This document shows positions 23,855 to 35,260 of a stretch of DNA of 64,000 nucleotides, piece by piece. Within the stretch, counting starts at the first letter, position 1. Every line of letters begins with the position of its first letter. This DNA comes from Neoconidiobolus thromboides FSU 785 (Eukaryota > Fungi > Entomophthoromycota): the NCBI GenBank assembly GCA_025603075.1, contig MU626320.1:45336-109335 (forward strand), given 5' to 3'. Below the pieces are notes generated by a model, which had not been told where the DNA came from, made no database searches, and saw nothing but the letters and a program-made list of their open reading frames with translations. A program made the position numbers and the translations under genes.

Positions 23855-24182
23855 TTTTAAATTGAATAAAAGATTGATAAATATAAACTAAATAAATAGA
23901 ATTTGGTAGTATTATGCCCTAACTCTTAGATGATTTTTGTGGTTGTAATAAGTTTGTCGTTCCTATTAAATAGGTTTGAAGCCATAAAATGCCAATTGAT
24001 TGGATAGAAGTTAATTGATTCAGCATTTATTTTTCAAGGGAGAGTGTAACTTTAGCCTTTTAATTGGTTATAATTATTTCATCATTTCTAATTGGATATC
24101 CTTGTAATTACTTAGGCCCGTTTCATTTTCATATGGTAAAGCTAATATTAGTAATAATTAATCAAAGTATAAACCATCACAA

Positions 24183-24286
24183 TATGAGGGTATATTTTTT
24201 GTTCAAGAGTTTTACTAACAATAGTCTTTCCACTCAAATGGCGCTTAAAAAATGGAAAAAGTGATAAAACCAAGAAAATACCCTAT
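24183..24286 (-). mobile_element. MITE family 1 copy
   Basis: TA-TGAGGGTATATTTTTT...GGCGCTTAAAAAATGGAAAAAGTGATAAAACC...ATACCCTA-TA. Confidence 0.75.
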
Positions 24287-25574
24287 ATATTAGATATATA
24301 GATAGAAGTGCCAATAAAGAAATAGAAAATGCCAATTTATGCCAAAAATATAAAGCACTATAAATATCTTAAAAGCTTGTTAAATAACGTGCTTATTAAG
24401 ACTATTGGAAAGTTGACTTGATGAAACGTGTAATTAAAATAACTTTATTGCTAAAGAAGAATAATTCTGACTCTTAAAGGTCTTTGCAACGGTATAACAT
24501 TAAGACCAATTACATCTTTGAAACTATTTAAGTTTTATCATTTCAAATTTAATTTATAAAGATAGATTTTTCACAAAACGAGTTACTGATCTTAACTCTT
24601 TAAAACTAGTTAAACTAGAACACAAGGAGTAATATAAAACGTACAATTATTAAATTCCAATGAGCTTATCAATATATACCGAAATATAGGACAAATGATT
24701 AGGAAGTTCTTTTGTAATTGTGGCATATTACTGATTGATAAAAAAGAGTTTGTGAAATCAAAAATTGATATTATGAAGCTTAATTCTATTCTAGGAAGCA
24801 CATAATTAAAAGAGCTAATGAAAAGATCGATTGTTTACAATACACCTTTCTCGGGGCTGAAAACGTAAATTCTAATTGAAGCAGTGTAAACTTAAAGTTG
24901 TAAAGGAAATTCATATTGAATTGTACTTTTCATTAGTAAAACAGCTAGCTTGAAGAAGTGAATAAATAAGTTGTAAAGCCTAATAATTTGAAAAACAGTA
25001 AATTAAAAAGAAACCGGGTACATCGAGATGAAGTAATAACATATCAAAAGGGATTAAACTTCCTCGTGAAATTTTAATATAACTGAAGTACGGGAAAGAC
25101 AATTGAATTGAGTAGTAGGTAGTGTTTACTATAGTAGCGTTAAAACTCCAAGGATAGGAATTATAAACAAATAGCACATTGTCTTATGGTTTTTTTATAC
25201 AAAACATTAATTATAAAATTAATTTCTTAAGTTTTATTGTCCGATGATTTTTTCCACTTCCCTGTCAATTGAACAGTAAAATGTGAATAATAAGTAGTAT
25301 TATATACTGCTGCCTACAAAAATCCAATTGGGTTTACTTTAAGGTATATCTAGAAACTTCTACTTGCTTTCTCATTCTTTTCTATTAGTAATATCAATCT
25401 TTTCGGACCATCGTACCCATGGGGAATCTATAATTTCATAAATATTAGCTTTAGATTGTTAAACTTCTAAAACTTGATTTAGGAATAATATTTTTTATGA
25501 CGAAATCTTCAAGAATAGTATAAAAACAAATTCAAAATCACAAAAACAATTTTAAATTCAATTCATTTTAAACA

Positions 25575-26529
25575 ATGTCAACTTCAACAATTCCAAAAGA
25601 ATACCAAAGAGTCGCAATTGCTGGAGGAACTGGTGCAATAGGTCGTAGCATCGCTGAGGAGCTTTTAAAAAATAAAGACATTAAATTAAGAATCTTAACT
25701 CGAGCCTCAAGCGGAGAAGATACCAAGAAAGAGTTAAAAGAAAAATATGTCCAGGCTGGTGGAGAGCTTGTAGAGATCGATTACAACTCTCAAGAAAGCC
25801 TTGTAAAGGCATTAGGGGGAATTGACGTAGTAATATCAGCATTAAGTACTCCGGATTTTGTAGTGGTAAATAGCAATTTGATTGATGCTTCTGTTAAATC
25901 AAAGGTAAAGCTCTTTATCCCATCAGAGTTTGGGGCCGAAGTAGAAGGGTAAGTTTGAATTAATACACATAAGACAAATGATTAATTTAAATTATTTTAG
26001 AGTTGAAAATCCGTTCACCTCCCCAAAATGGGCTGTTAGAAAGCATCTTGAAAGCTCTGGACTTGATTATATCTATTACAATAATGGATTTTTTATTGAG
26101 CATTTGCTAGCAGATTTATTCGGTATAAATGTACACAGCCATGAAGCTAAAGTTATTGGTAGTGGGGACACAAAGCTTACTGTTACTAGTATAAATGATG
26201 TTGGTAGGTTTGTTGCCCAAACATATTTCTTGCCTGAAGTTAGAAATCAGTTTGTTGATATCGTTGGGGAAAATACTACCATGAATAAGATATTTAAAGA
26301 TATTTCTGAGATTAGTGGTAAGCCATTTAAAGTTGAAAAAATCCCAATTGAAGAAGCCAATAAAGTGATCAATGACAAAAATACTGATTCCTTTGCATCA
26401 GTTCCTTATTTATTTGGAAGAGATATTGACAACGGTGATGTGTACCTCAAAGGGAATTCAAACCATCTTTTACCAAATTTTAAGTTTCTGTCAGTCAAGG
26501 AGTACGTTAAACAAGCTTTTTTTAGTTAA
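25575..26529 (+). CDS. NmrA-like / isoflavone-reductase family NAD(P)-binding protein, paralog 1 (intron 25949-26000)
   Basis: VAIAGGTGAIG Rossmann motif, GIDVVISAL, LFIPSEFG, NGFF. TATAAAA at 25519-25525. Confidence 0.9.
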
Positions 26530-27535
26530 ACGATAGTTAGCTGTAAATAAAATTTCAAAGTTTAATACTACTTTTGCCTTTTATTGTCATAAAAAATAAT
26601 ATAACTTTTTAATAAGCATAAATTTTAATATGGGAATGGTTATTTTGTTTCATTATTTTTACCATTTTTTATTCAGCATAAAATTAAGAAGGATTAGAGG
26701 TATATCTTTTTGGTTCCATTGTTTTATCTGCTTTTTCAAGCACCATTGAGCGGAAAATACAATAAAATCCATATAGGCATGCCCCTTAACAAAACTACTG
26801 AAATAAAAAATATGCGATCATATAATATTTGAAACTTTTATCATTTTAACTAGAAATCAATTATTACTGTATTTTATAATTCCAACAATACTAAACTATG
26901 TATTTATTTGATAATATACCACTAAAACATGAATTTTAAAAAGTCGATGATGGTAGTAAAACTGTCTATTCTTAAAATTCTGGTAAACTTAAATATCTGT
27001 ATTTTCAATAATCAATAAAGGTTCAGATATTTTAAAATTAATTGCTAGTTGATACTCAATAGCTGTTTTATTAATGATGTATGCAATTGAATTAGTAATA
27101 TCAAATCCAAAATTCCAGCTAGGTTAGACTAATTTGGTAGGAAACAATAACTTTTTAATTTTAGCAGTGTATCAGTAAGAATTCCGACTTTACTAGGCTA
27201 ATTCAATTAAAAAATATTATTATGTCTAAAAAATCCGATTTAATGTACTTTTTGTCCAAGTAAGTATTTTAAGCGAAAATTCCGACTAGGTCATCCTAAT
27301 AATAAGGAAGGAGCAATACTCCATACCTTTATTTGATTAAGCAATCAAACCTTCCATTATTTTGAATTTTAAAAATTTATCATTACTAATAACGTTATAC
27401 AACTATGTCATAGGATAAAAAACGTCACAAGGGTTCTAACTCTTATCTTATTATATTACCACTACTACGAAAAAGTATAAAAGCCACACCTTGGTATCCT
27501 TTTAATTTAAAACAAACACATTTAAAAAAATCAAA

Positions 27536-28490
27536 ATGACTTTGTCAACTATCCCAAACAATCTTAAGAGAGTAGCTATTGCTGGTGGTACTGGAACCCT
27601 CGGTCAGAACCTTACGGAGGAATTTCTGAAAATTGAAGGAATTAAAGTAAAAGTATTAACTAGAAAAAGTAATGGTGAAGTGAGTAATCCACAATTGAAA
27701 GAGAAATTTGTTAAATGCGGTGCTGAAGTTATCGAGGTTGATTACAATAATCAAAGTGACTTAAACGCTGCATTGAACGAAATTGATGTGGTAGTATCAG
27801 CTTTAAGCAGCCTTGATTTTACAAAGATTAATTTAGCTTTGCTTAACGCAGCAGTTGAAAATAATGTCAATTTATTTGTACCTTCTGAGTTCTTTAGTAA
27901 AGTAGATGGGTATTTTTATTTAATTTCATTTTGGTTCTAATTTTATTAACTTTACCGTTAGAATTGACAATCCATTCACTACTCCAAAGGCCGAAATTAG
28001 AAAACACCTTGAGAAATCTGGTTTAAATTACATTTACTATAACTGTGGATTTTTTTATGAGCATATAACTAGTGAGCTTTTCGGTATTGATGTTATTAAC
28101 AATAAAGCCAAAATTGTAGGTTCTGGAAACACAAAGCTCAATATAACTCGTATTAGAGATGTTGCTAGCTTTGTTGCAAAAACTTATCATTTGCCTGAGC
28201 TCAGAAATGGTCACGTCAATATATCTTCTCAGGTCACAACCATGAACGAAATTGTAAGAGAAATAGGCGAAGTTGGCCAAAAGCCATTAGAGACAGAGCA
28301 TATTGACTTGAGAGAAATCGAAAAATCAATCATCGAGAAAGCTGAAGATTTTTATTATCTCTTGTTTGCGCATTTTGGGAAAGATATCGAGCTTGGAAAT
28401 GTTTACATTGAAAAAAGTTCAAACTATTTGCTTCCTGAGTTTAAGTTTGAGTCTTTAAAAGAGTATATCAAGCAAACATATTTTAACTAA
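27536..28490 (+). CDS. NmrA-like / isoflavone-reductase family protein, paralog 2 (intron 27910-27961)
   Basis: VAIAGGTGTLG, IDVVVSAL, LFVPSEFF. Same intron position as paralog 1, exon 2 open to 28490, TATAAAA at 27476-27482. Confidence 0.9.
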
Positions 28491-28697
28491 TGTGATCTTT
28501 TAAAATAAAATTCAAATACTAAGAATATTTAAGTATGATTAAGGTTTTGTAGTTTTCTAGATAAAGTTTAAACAAATTAAATATTAAATCATCTATAAAA
28601 ATAATGATCAATTTGTATAAAATGGATAATCTATAAAATAAAATATAACTAATATCAATTGTTGACTATTTGATAATTTTATTAAATTGAATGGAAC

Positions 28698-28797
28698 ATG
28701 GGAATCTGTTTTTTAAGAAATTTACTAATAGAATAGTCTTTCCACTTAAATAGCGCTTAAAGATAGAAAAAGTGATAAAACCAAAAACATCCTCATA
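28698..28797 (-). mobile_element. MITE family 1 copy
   Basis: TGGGAATCTGTTTTTT...TAGCGCTTAAAGATAGAAAAAGTGATAAAACCAAAAACATCCTCA-TA. Confidence 0.75.
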
Positions 28798-30050
28798 TAT
28801 ATTTAATAAATGGAATAAAGTACATAATTACCAATGCTTTTTTACCACATCGAATTAGGTCCCATTGAAGGATTACTTAAGTAAATATATAATATGAGGG
28901 ACGTCAGCTATGAATTAAAGCCAAAATCATATACAAAATCTAACAAACTTCTAGATTATTATAGATTGTAAGAGGTCTAGCCTTATGATATCTTTTAATA
29001 CGTTTATCAATCATATTAATTTGGTTTTATGAAAGAAGAAAATTCGAAATTGATGTTACTTTTTTGATAATAAAACAAAAGCTATTATATGGAAAAACTT
29101 ATTTATTTACATAAAGAACAATTAATTCTACAATATATTAATTTAATATTAAAAATTGTTATAGCTTAAATTGAAATTGTTATAGCTTAAATTAAGAAAT
29201 ATTCTTATTTTGGGTAAACTAAATTAAAAAGTGATTTTTGAGTTATTTGATTTGAAATGAGTCAAATAGGCTTTATGCCCTATCAAGGGTGAAAGAGCTA
29301 TTTCAAAGTAATAAAGTTATTTTAGTATTCACAAGATACAAAAAGGCTTGATAGGATATTTGACAGTTTCACTCCTTCAAGGTATCTAAAAAAACATGAT
29401 AAAAAAATGAGATGAATTACGCTGGCATTAATATATAACTCACAAATATACCATAACAGTGAAAGTTAAAGTATTATCCCAAAGCTTATAATAAAATGCC
29501 TTTCTAAGGTCCACTACTCATATATATTTTTATATCAACTGATTTTTTTACAAAAGAAATATAGTTTGCCCTACTTGATATTTTAATAACTAACATTATT
29601 AGTACTATAAATGTATAGCCCCAAAGTAGATATATATCATTCAAATATTAGCGAAAAGAATATATTAACTGTAATTAAGCAGTGTATCTAACCAAATACA
29701 AATTTTAATTAATAAATATGACAAATAAAGTAATAGCGTCCTAGATAGTATTAAAATAACTCATAAAACAATTTAAATTAACCTAAGTTATAATTATATT
29801 TAATAAATTCAAATACTTGAAATAAAGGCTAAAACGTCTACTTCTAAATTTGGTAAATTAAAGAGGCTTTAATCTACAGGCAAAAAAATAATTAAAAGTT
29901 TTAATAAGCTGGTTCTTTAATAAAATATACCATGTCGCATAAATTGTTAATGCGCTATTTTATGTATGTTAAATATGTCTAAAAGTTGGTCCAAAAGAAA
30001 CATATAATAAGACCAAGAAGTTATCTCTACCACTAAAAAAACAATCAAGA

Positions 30051-31778
30051 ATGAAGTTTCTAGTACTATTCAGTTATCTGGCTCATTTAGCAATAAGCAA
30101 AACTGTGAAGCAAGAATGGACACTTAAAGATGGAGATATAGCCCCTGATAACTTCTTATTTAAGGGCATATTGATCAATGATAAGTTCCCTGGTCCACAG
30201 ATTAATGCCGTAACTAGTGATGCTATTGAAATCAAAGTAAATAATAATCTGCATAAGAATGTAACCATTCATTGGCATGGGATTACTCAAAAGGGATCAA
30301 TTAAAGCAGATGGGGTGCCTTATGTAACACAAGAACCTATTATGCCAGGAAAGAGCTATACCTATAAATTTAAAGTATACGACCAAAGCGGGACTTACTT
30401 CTACCATGCACATACAGATATGGACTCCGAACATATCTATGGATCTTTGATTATTGAAGATAAAAAAGAGGTATGGGATGATATTGTCAAATTTAATAAG
30501 GATTACAAATACGATGAAGATGTTGTATTATTACTATCTGAAAGATGGCATAAATCAACTGAAGAATTAATAGATGGAATGAATAACCCGCCGTTTAGAT
30601 TTCCTAATCAATCACAAAGTATTTTAACCAATGGTAGAACATATCAAAAATGGGGTGATAAAGATGATGCTGAATCAAAAACTTTTAATAATGGATTTAG
30701 TGTTACTAACGTAAAGCCAGACAAGGTATACAGATTAAGATTGATAGCTGCAAATGGATTCTCTTTATTCACTTTCAATATTGAAGGCCATGAAATGACT
30801 ATTATCGAAGCAGACGGTACTTTAGTTGACCCTGTTAAAGTTGATCGGGTGGAACTAAGCAGTGGACAGCGCTATTCTGTGTTATTAAAAACAAATAAAA
30901 AAGTAGATAATTACTACATGTATACTCAAGTGAGTGATGAATTCAGACCTGAGGCACATAGACCAGTAGCAAAAAACGGGGTTGCTATCCTTCATTATGA
31001 TGGTGCAAAGAGTACTTCATCCCTAATACGTAAAGAGAAGCAGGCTCCTGGATTACAGTATGAATACTCTCATTGGGTAGAATCCAAATTGTTCACTTCA
31101 AAATGGTATAATAAAGGGTTATCCAAGCATTTTTATCCGGTACCAAAGAAGGCAACTAAAGAAATAAATTTAATCGTTACTTTAAGAAAGCCAAATGACT
31201 TAGCTAGATGGTTTATAAATGATGTTGAAAACAAACCAAGAGATACTGTATTAGTAGATGATATGGAAACAGGAAAATACAAGCCAACAAAAGGAATTTA
31301 TGAGATTAACGAAGGTGATGATGTTCAAATTATCCTACAACATACCATGCCACCTGGATTACCTTGTGAAGCACATCCATGGCATTTACATGGACATTCC
31401 TTTTATGTTGTTGGTCGTGGCGATGGGTTTTATGATCCAAAAGTGGATGGTCTAAAGATTGACAACTATTTGGCAACCACTAAAAACATACCTATTTTAA
31501 GAGACACTTATACTCACTTTATTACTGACATTCCAGAAGTTGGTAAACCAATAAATCAAACTAATTCTAGACTTGGTCCTGTTGATAATCATATAGACAT
31601 GTTCTCAAATTTGAAACGTATGGAAGATAATTCTCTCAATGCAAATGATCTTCCCTGTGGTTGGTACGCCATTCGCTTTAAAGCTGATAATCCAGGCTCT
31701 TGGTTTATGCATTGTCATATGGCGGCTCATATGATTATGGGAAAAATAGTGATTGTCAACTATGTTCCTAAGAACTAG
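30051..31778 (+). CDS. Secreted multicopper oxidase (laccase/ascorbate-oxidase-like), 575 aa, intronless
   Basis: Signal peptide and all four Cu-binding motifs: HWHG, FYHAH, HPWHLHGH, HCHMAAH. Confidence 0.95.
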   Translation: MKFLVLFSYLAHLAISKTVKQEWTLKDGDIAPDNFLFKGILINDKFPGPQINAVTSDAIEIKVNNNLHKNVTIHWHGITQKGSIKADGVPYVTQEPIMPGKSYTYKFKVYDQSGTYFYHAHTDMDSEHIYGSLIIEDKKEVWDDIVKFNKDYKYDEDVVLLLSERWHKSTEELIDGMNNPPFRFPNQSQSILTNGRTYQKWGDKDDAESKTFNNGFSVTNVKPDKVYRLRLIAANGFSLFTFNIEGHEMTIIEADGTLVDPVKVDRVELSSGQRYSVLLKTNKKVDNYYMYTQVSDEFRPEAHRPVAKNGVAILHYDGAKSTSSLIRKEKQAPGLQYEYSHWVESKLFTSKWYNKGLSKHFYPVPKKATKEINLIVTLRKPNDLARWFINDVENKPRDTVLVDDMETGKYKPTKGIYEINEGDDVQIILQHTMPPGLPCEAHPWHLHGHSFYVVGRGDGFYDPKVDGLKIDNYLATTKNIPILRDTYTHFITDIPEVGKPINQTNSRLGPVDNHIDMFSNLKRMEDNSLNANDLPCGWYAIRFKADNPGSWFMHCHMAAHMIMGKIVIVNYVPKN

Positions 31779-32620
31779 GTTATATCTATATGAATGCTTT
31801 GAATTTATTTTATTATTTGTTTTAAAGATGGATAACCTTACGATAATAAATAAGTATTTTATTTTCAAAATGAAAATTTTGCTTTTTTTGAGCTCCTACT
31901 TTATTTTATATTAAACTCTTAAGTAATAAGAATAAAAGCTAAGACAGATTATCATCACAACAATCATTGGAAAAGTATCTTTTTTAAATATAAAAATAAA
32001 TCTTCATGGTCTTTTTAATAAGCCATATATTCAGCTAGTTGCTTAATATCCAATGACAAGACTAACGAAGTTGCTGAAAGAAATAAAATAACAAAGTTAT
32101 ATTTAGTAGATATGGTTGCTTATTTAATTTAATTTAACAAAAGTATTGGTGCTTTGCAAAAGTAATTGGTTTTAAAGTCTAGTTATATCTGAATAAAGAC
32201 AATACAGTCATTTGTGTATTTACAAAAGGAAAACATTGAAGCTGGTGAAATTCAGAACAAGTCCCAATGTAAGCACATAAGCATTTCACCAAATAGGGTG
32301 TAAATATAAATTTATCAGACACGTTGTCTTACAAGATAGTTAAATGATAAGTGTAAAAACAAGTATTTAATTATATTTTTAGTCCCTTGTGTCATTGAAT
32401 AAATCCTAATTCATCATCTTAGTTACAGAACTATAATGCTATTTACTATTCCTTGCACTATAAAACATTTAAAATGTGCTCAAAATAAGCATAAAATTTA
32501 TACTAAACTATTAAGATCAAAGTAATAAAACTAAAACAAATTTCAGGCAAAGTCATTTATTTGAATAGATGCAAGACAAGCAAAAAAGGTAACATAAGAG
32601 TAGTATTAACTCACACTAGC

Positions 32621-33001
32621 TTATGGACGGCGGCAGAAGCGTTCTCTGCGACAGAAAGCAAAACGGCAGCAACGGCGGGAGTAGCGGCATCCTCTACGGC
32701 GGCACATTCTTTCAAGAGTTCCATTGCGTTCTTCATCTTCTTCTGCTGGCATACCACCTTTCATTTTCTTGATTTCACCTTCACCTTCTTCACCTTCACC
32801 CATTTCTTTTTTCCCTGCAACCTTACCAATTACGACCAACTTTGGGATAGTGGCAACGACGCCCACTTGGCTGTTCATAGGGTCCATTGAGGAGCTGAGG
32901 GAGTGACGCTCAGCAAAGTTGATGGAATTAATATCACCGCTTTGAAGATTAGCATAAGCTAAAGTGACACTGGCTAAAGCTAAGACCGAAATAAATCTCA
33001 T
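32621..33001 (-). CDS. Secreted prepropeptide with a C-terminal Arg-rich six-Cys (C-C-CC-C-C, knottin-like) peptide
   Basis: Signal MRFISVLALASVTLAYA, acidic pro-region (EGEEGEGE...AEEDEER), then TLER followed by MCRRRGCRYSRRCCRFAFCRRERFCRRP*. TATA box upstream. Confidence 0.85.
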   Translation of the reverse strand: MRFISVLALASVTLAYANLQSGDINSINFAERHSLSSSMDPMNSQVGVVATIPKLVVIGKVAGKKEMGEGEEGEGEIKKMKGGMPAEEDEERNGTLERMCRRRGCRYSRRCCRFAFCRRERFCRRP

Positions 33002-33035
33002 TTTGTTTATTTTTTTTAGAAGTCAAAACGGAGTC

Positions 33036-33042
33036 TTTTATA
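33036..33042 (-). promoter_or_regulatory. TATA box of the knottin-like precursor gene
   Basis: TATAAAA on the minus strand, ~35 nt upstream of the ATG at 33001. Confidence 0.55.
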
Positions 33043-33276
33043 GTCTGTGGTTGATCATATCTATGACTTTAAAATATTATGGATAGGCAATATTTGGGTC
33101 TGAATTATAGAGTTAATAAAGTTTAAAGGAATACAATGAAGTAAAGTAGGGTTTTTATTGTTTTTAAGTTTAAACGAAATGTTTAATAAATATCTCATTA
33201 CTATTAAGTTCAAATAAAACAAAAGACTTGATTATTTTACTGTCATAAAGCTTAAACAAAAATTAACTAAAAATTA

Positions 33277-33468
33277 ATGTCAAAATAAATCAGTAATAGG
33301 GAATTTGTTTAGCTTTATTGTTGTACTAAAATTATTGAATTGATAGAACATGTCAAAATAGATTAATGATAATAAATCCCGTTAGCTTTATTAATGTTGC
33401 AATAGAATTTAATAATAGAACATGTCAAAATAAATCAATAGTGATTAATCCCATTAGCTTTATTATTA
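33277..33468. repeat. Imperfect tandem triplication, ~72-bp unit
   Basis: ATGTCAAAATA.AT...TTAGCTTTATT recurs at ~33277, 33350 and 33422. The last (partial) copy abuts the SAM50 stop codon. Confidence 0.75.
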
Positions 33469-35260
33469 TAAGAAATCGATACCAAAGCCCAATTGAAATT
33501 TAGGAGCTAAAAAGTCTCTAGAATGATGGGATAATGGGAGACAATAGTTAAACTCCAATCTAACAATAGAATGATAATAAATCAGACCAAGACCAAAGGT
33601 CGAACTAGGTTTAAGGATTACATTCTTAATTTGATCTATTAATTTTATGTCTAAAATTCAGAAGTAAGTAAACAGCACGTAAGAAACAAAATCATAAAAA
33701 GTAACGACTATATAATAAACATATTGTACTTACCATTATTAATTAATTTCAATCCACCACCGTTAATAAAAACGTGCCCTTTAAATTTGTTACTATTGAC
33801 CCATGGCAACGGAGTCAACAAGCTCATTCCTAAAGCCCAAGAAATATCACCACCTAATACATCATCTAATGATAATTATAAATTTAACTTCATAACTAAT
33901 AATTGATAAATCTTACTTTTATCTTTATCGCCTAATCCTAGATCTCTAAAGCCTCTTAAAGTGGTAGGATTGCCAAGGAAAAATCGGTCAGCTAAATGGG
34001 AGGGCTGAATAGGCTTATCAAAGTATTTATCTAATGGATACAATAAGCCAAGCTTTAAACCTAAACCAATAAACTAAATAATAATAGATTATTATTGTTT
34101 GATTTATAATTTATTATTAAAGCTTACCCAGTTTTGAGTTATCTCAGTTAACGATCGATAACTTAATTCGTTTTTAATAAACCTATGATCCCCTTTTAAG
34201 CCTGCTAATTCCTAATAGAAGGAACATTAATACAAGGTATATTTTATTATAAAAGACAATATTACTTGTTTTACACTCAATGAATATCCATTACTAGGTC
34301 TTTGAGGATCCTCCCACAACTCATTTAATAAATGATGATAAATTCCGCTCTTTATAGAATCCCCTGCTTGTTCGCGGACTCTATTTTTTAAAATCAATAC
34401 ACTGTTAATCTAAACTCTATTATCCCTTACTTCATGCTAGCATTAAATCCTACATTCTGAATGGTCCTCCAATTGGCACAGTAGCCCAATACATGTTGTC
34501 CCCAACTAGATAGGAACTAGTGTTGTTAGTGTGTTAAATTTTTTTGACTGTTTAATAAAATTTACTCTATATTTTAATTCTAAAGCTCTGTTCATAGACT
34601 CATGGGAAGAAATCTGTAAGTTATTGATCAAACTTTGGTAACCACAAAATTCCAGCCTGTTTTCAGGCTTGAATAAATCTACTGGGCGACTTAGACTGAA
34701 CTATAGAAAGATTAGATTTGGGTCAGCTTATGAAAGACGCTAGTTAGTGTTTCTTACTTGAAATGAGGATGTAGTCTTAGTTCCATATTTAGTAGAAGCT
34801 TCGAATTTCTCGGCGTGGCCAAAAAGATTTCTTTTGACTATAGAGGCATTCTAAATGCCAACTAAATAAACTTATCAATTTAATAATAAAACAAAAATAC
34901 CAAGTTCCCGTCACCATTACCAAACTCAGTGCCAGTAGAAATACTTAATGTTTTATGAGGTACGATTTTAATTTCTACTTCAGTACCAGCTCCTCTTTCA
35001 TCCTTTTTTAAATCTAAATCAAAACTCTGTCCAATTTCTAAGGCTTCTAAACGTCCACAGATTCCTCTCAATTCACCTAAACATTCGTTTAAAGTTTTGC
35101 ATTGGTATAAACTTTGAACATAAGTTTCTACTAAGTTTCGGTTGCTTTCAGATAAGCCATATACTTTAACACAGGATATGTTCAAATTTTTGTCCCCAAC
35201 GCCTTCTAACTGGTTTTGTTAGTTGTTGTTTAGTTGATCATGTACACTTACTGTTTCCAT
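33466..35260 (-). CDS. SAM50: Mitochondrial outer-membrane SAM complex beta-barrel (Omp85 family), 10 exons
   Basis: POTRA region (STGTEFGNGDG), RNLFGHAE, VREQAGDSIKS, DRFFLGNPTTLRGF, VLGGD, VRLEFNYCLP, C-terminal FQLGFGIDFL*. All exons join in frame via GT-AG introns. Confidence 0.93.

Noticed and set aside
23305-23891. Overlapping His/Thr-rich and Met/Val-rich ORFs
   Set aside because: Alternative-frame products of the PEX13 YG repeat.
24380-25200. Hydrophobic minus-strand ORF fragments, possibly a decayed membrane-protein gene
   Set aside because: Many stops in every frame and no recognisable family motif, so it cannot be supported.
32561-32906. Plus-strand ORFs (109 aa and 60 aa) antisense to the knottin-like precursor
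   Set aside because: They begin with non-ATG codons, have no signal or motif, and are explained by the GC-rich stop-poor sense gene.
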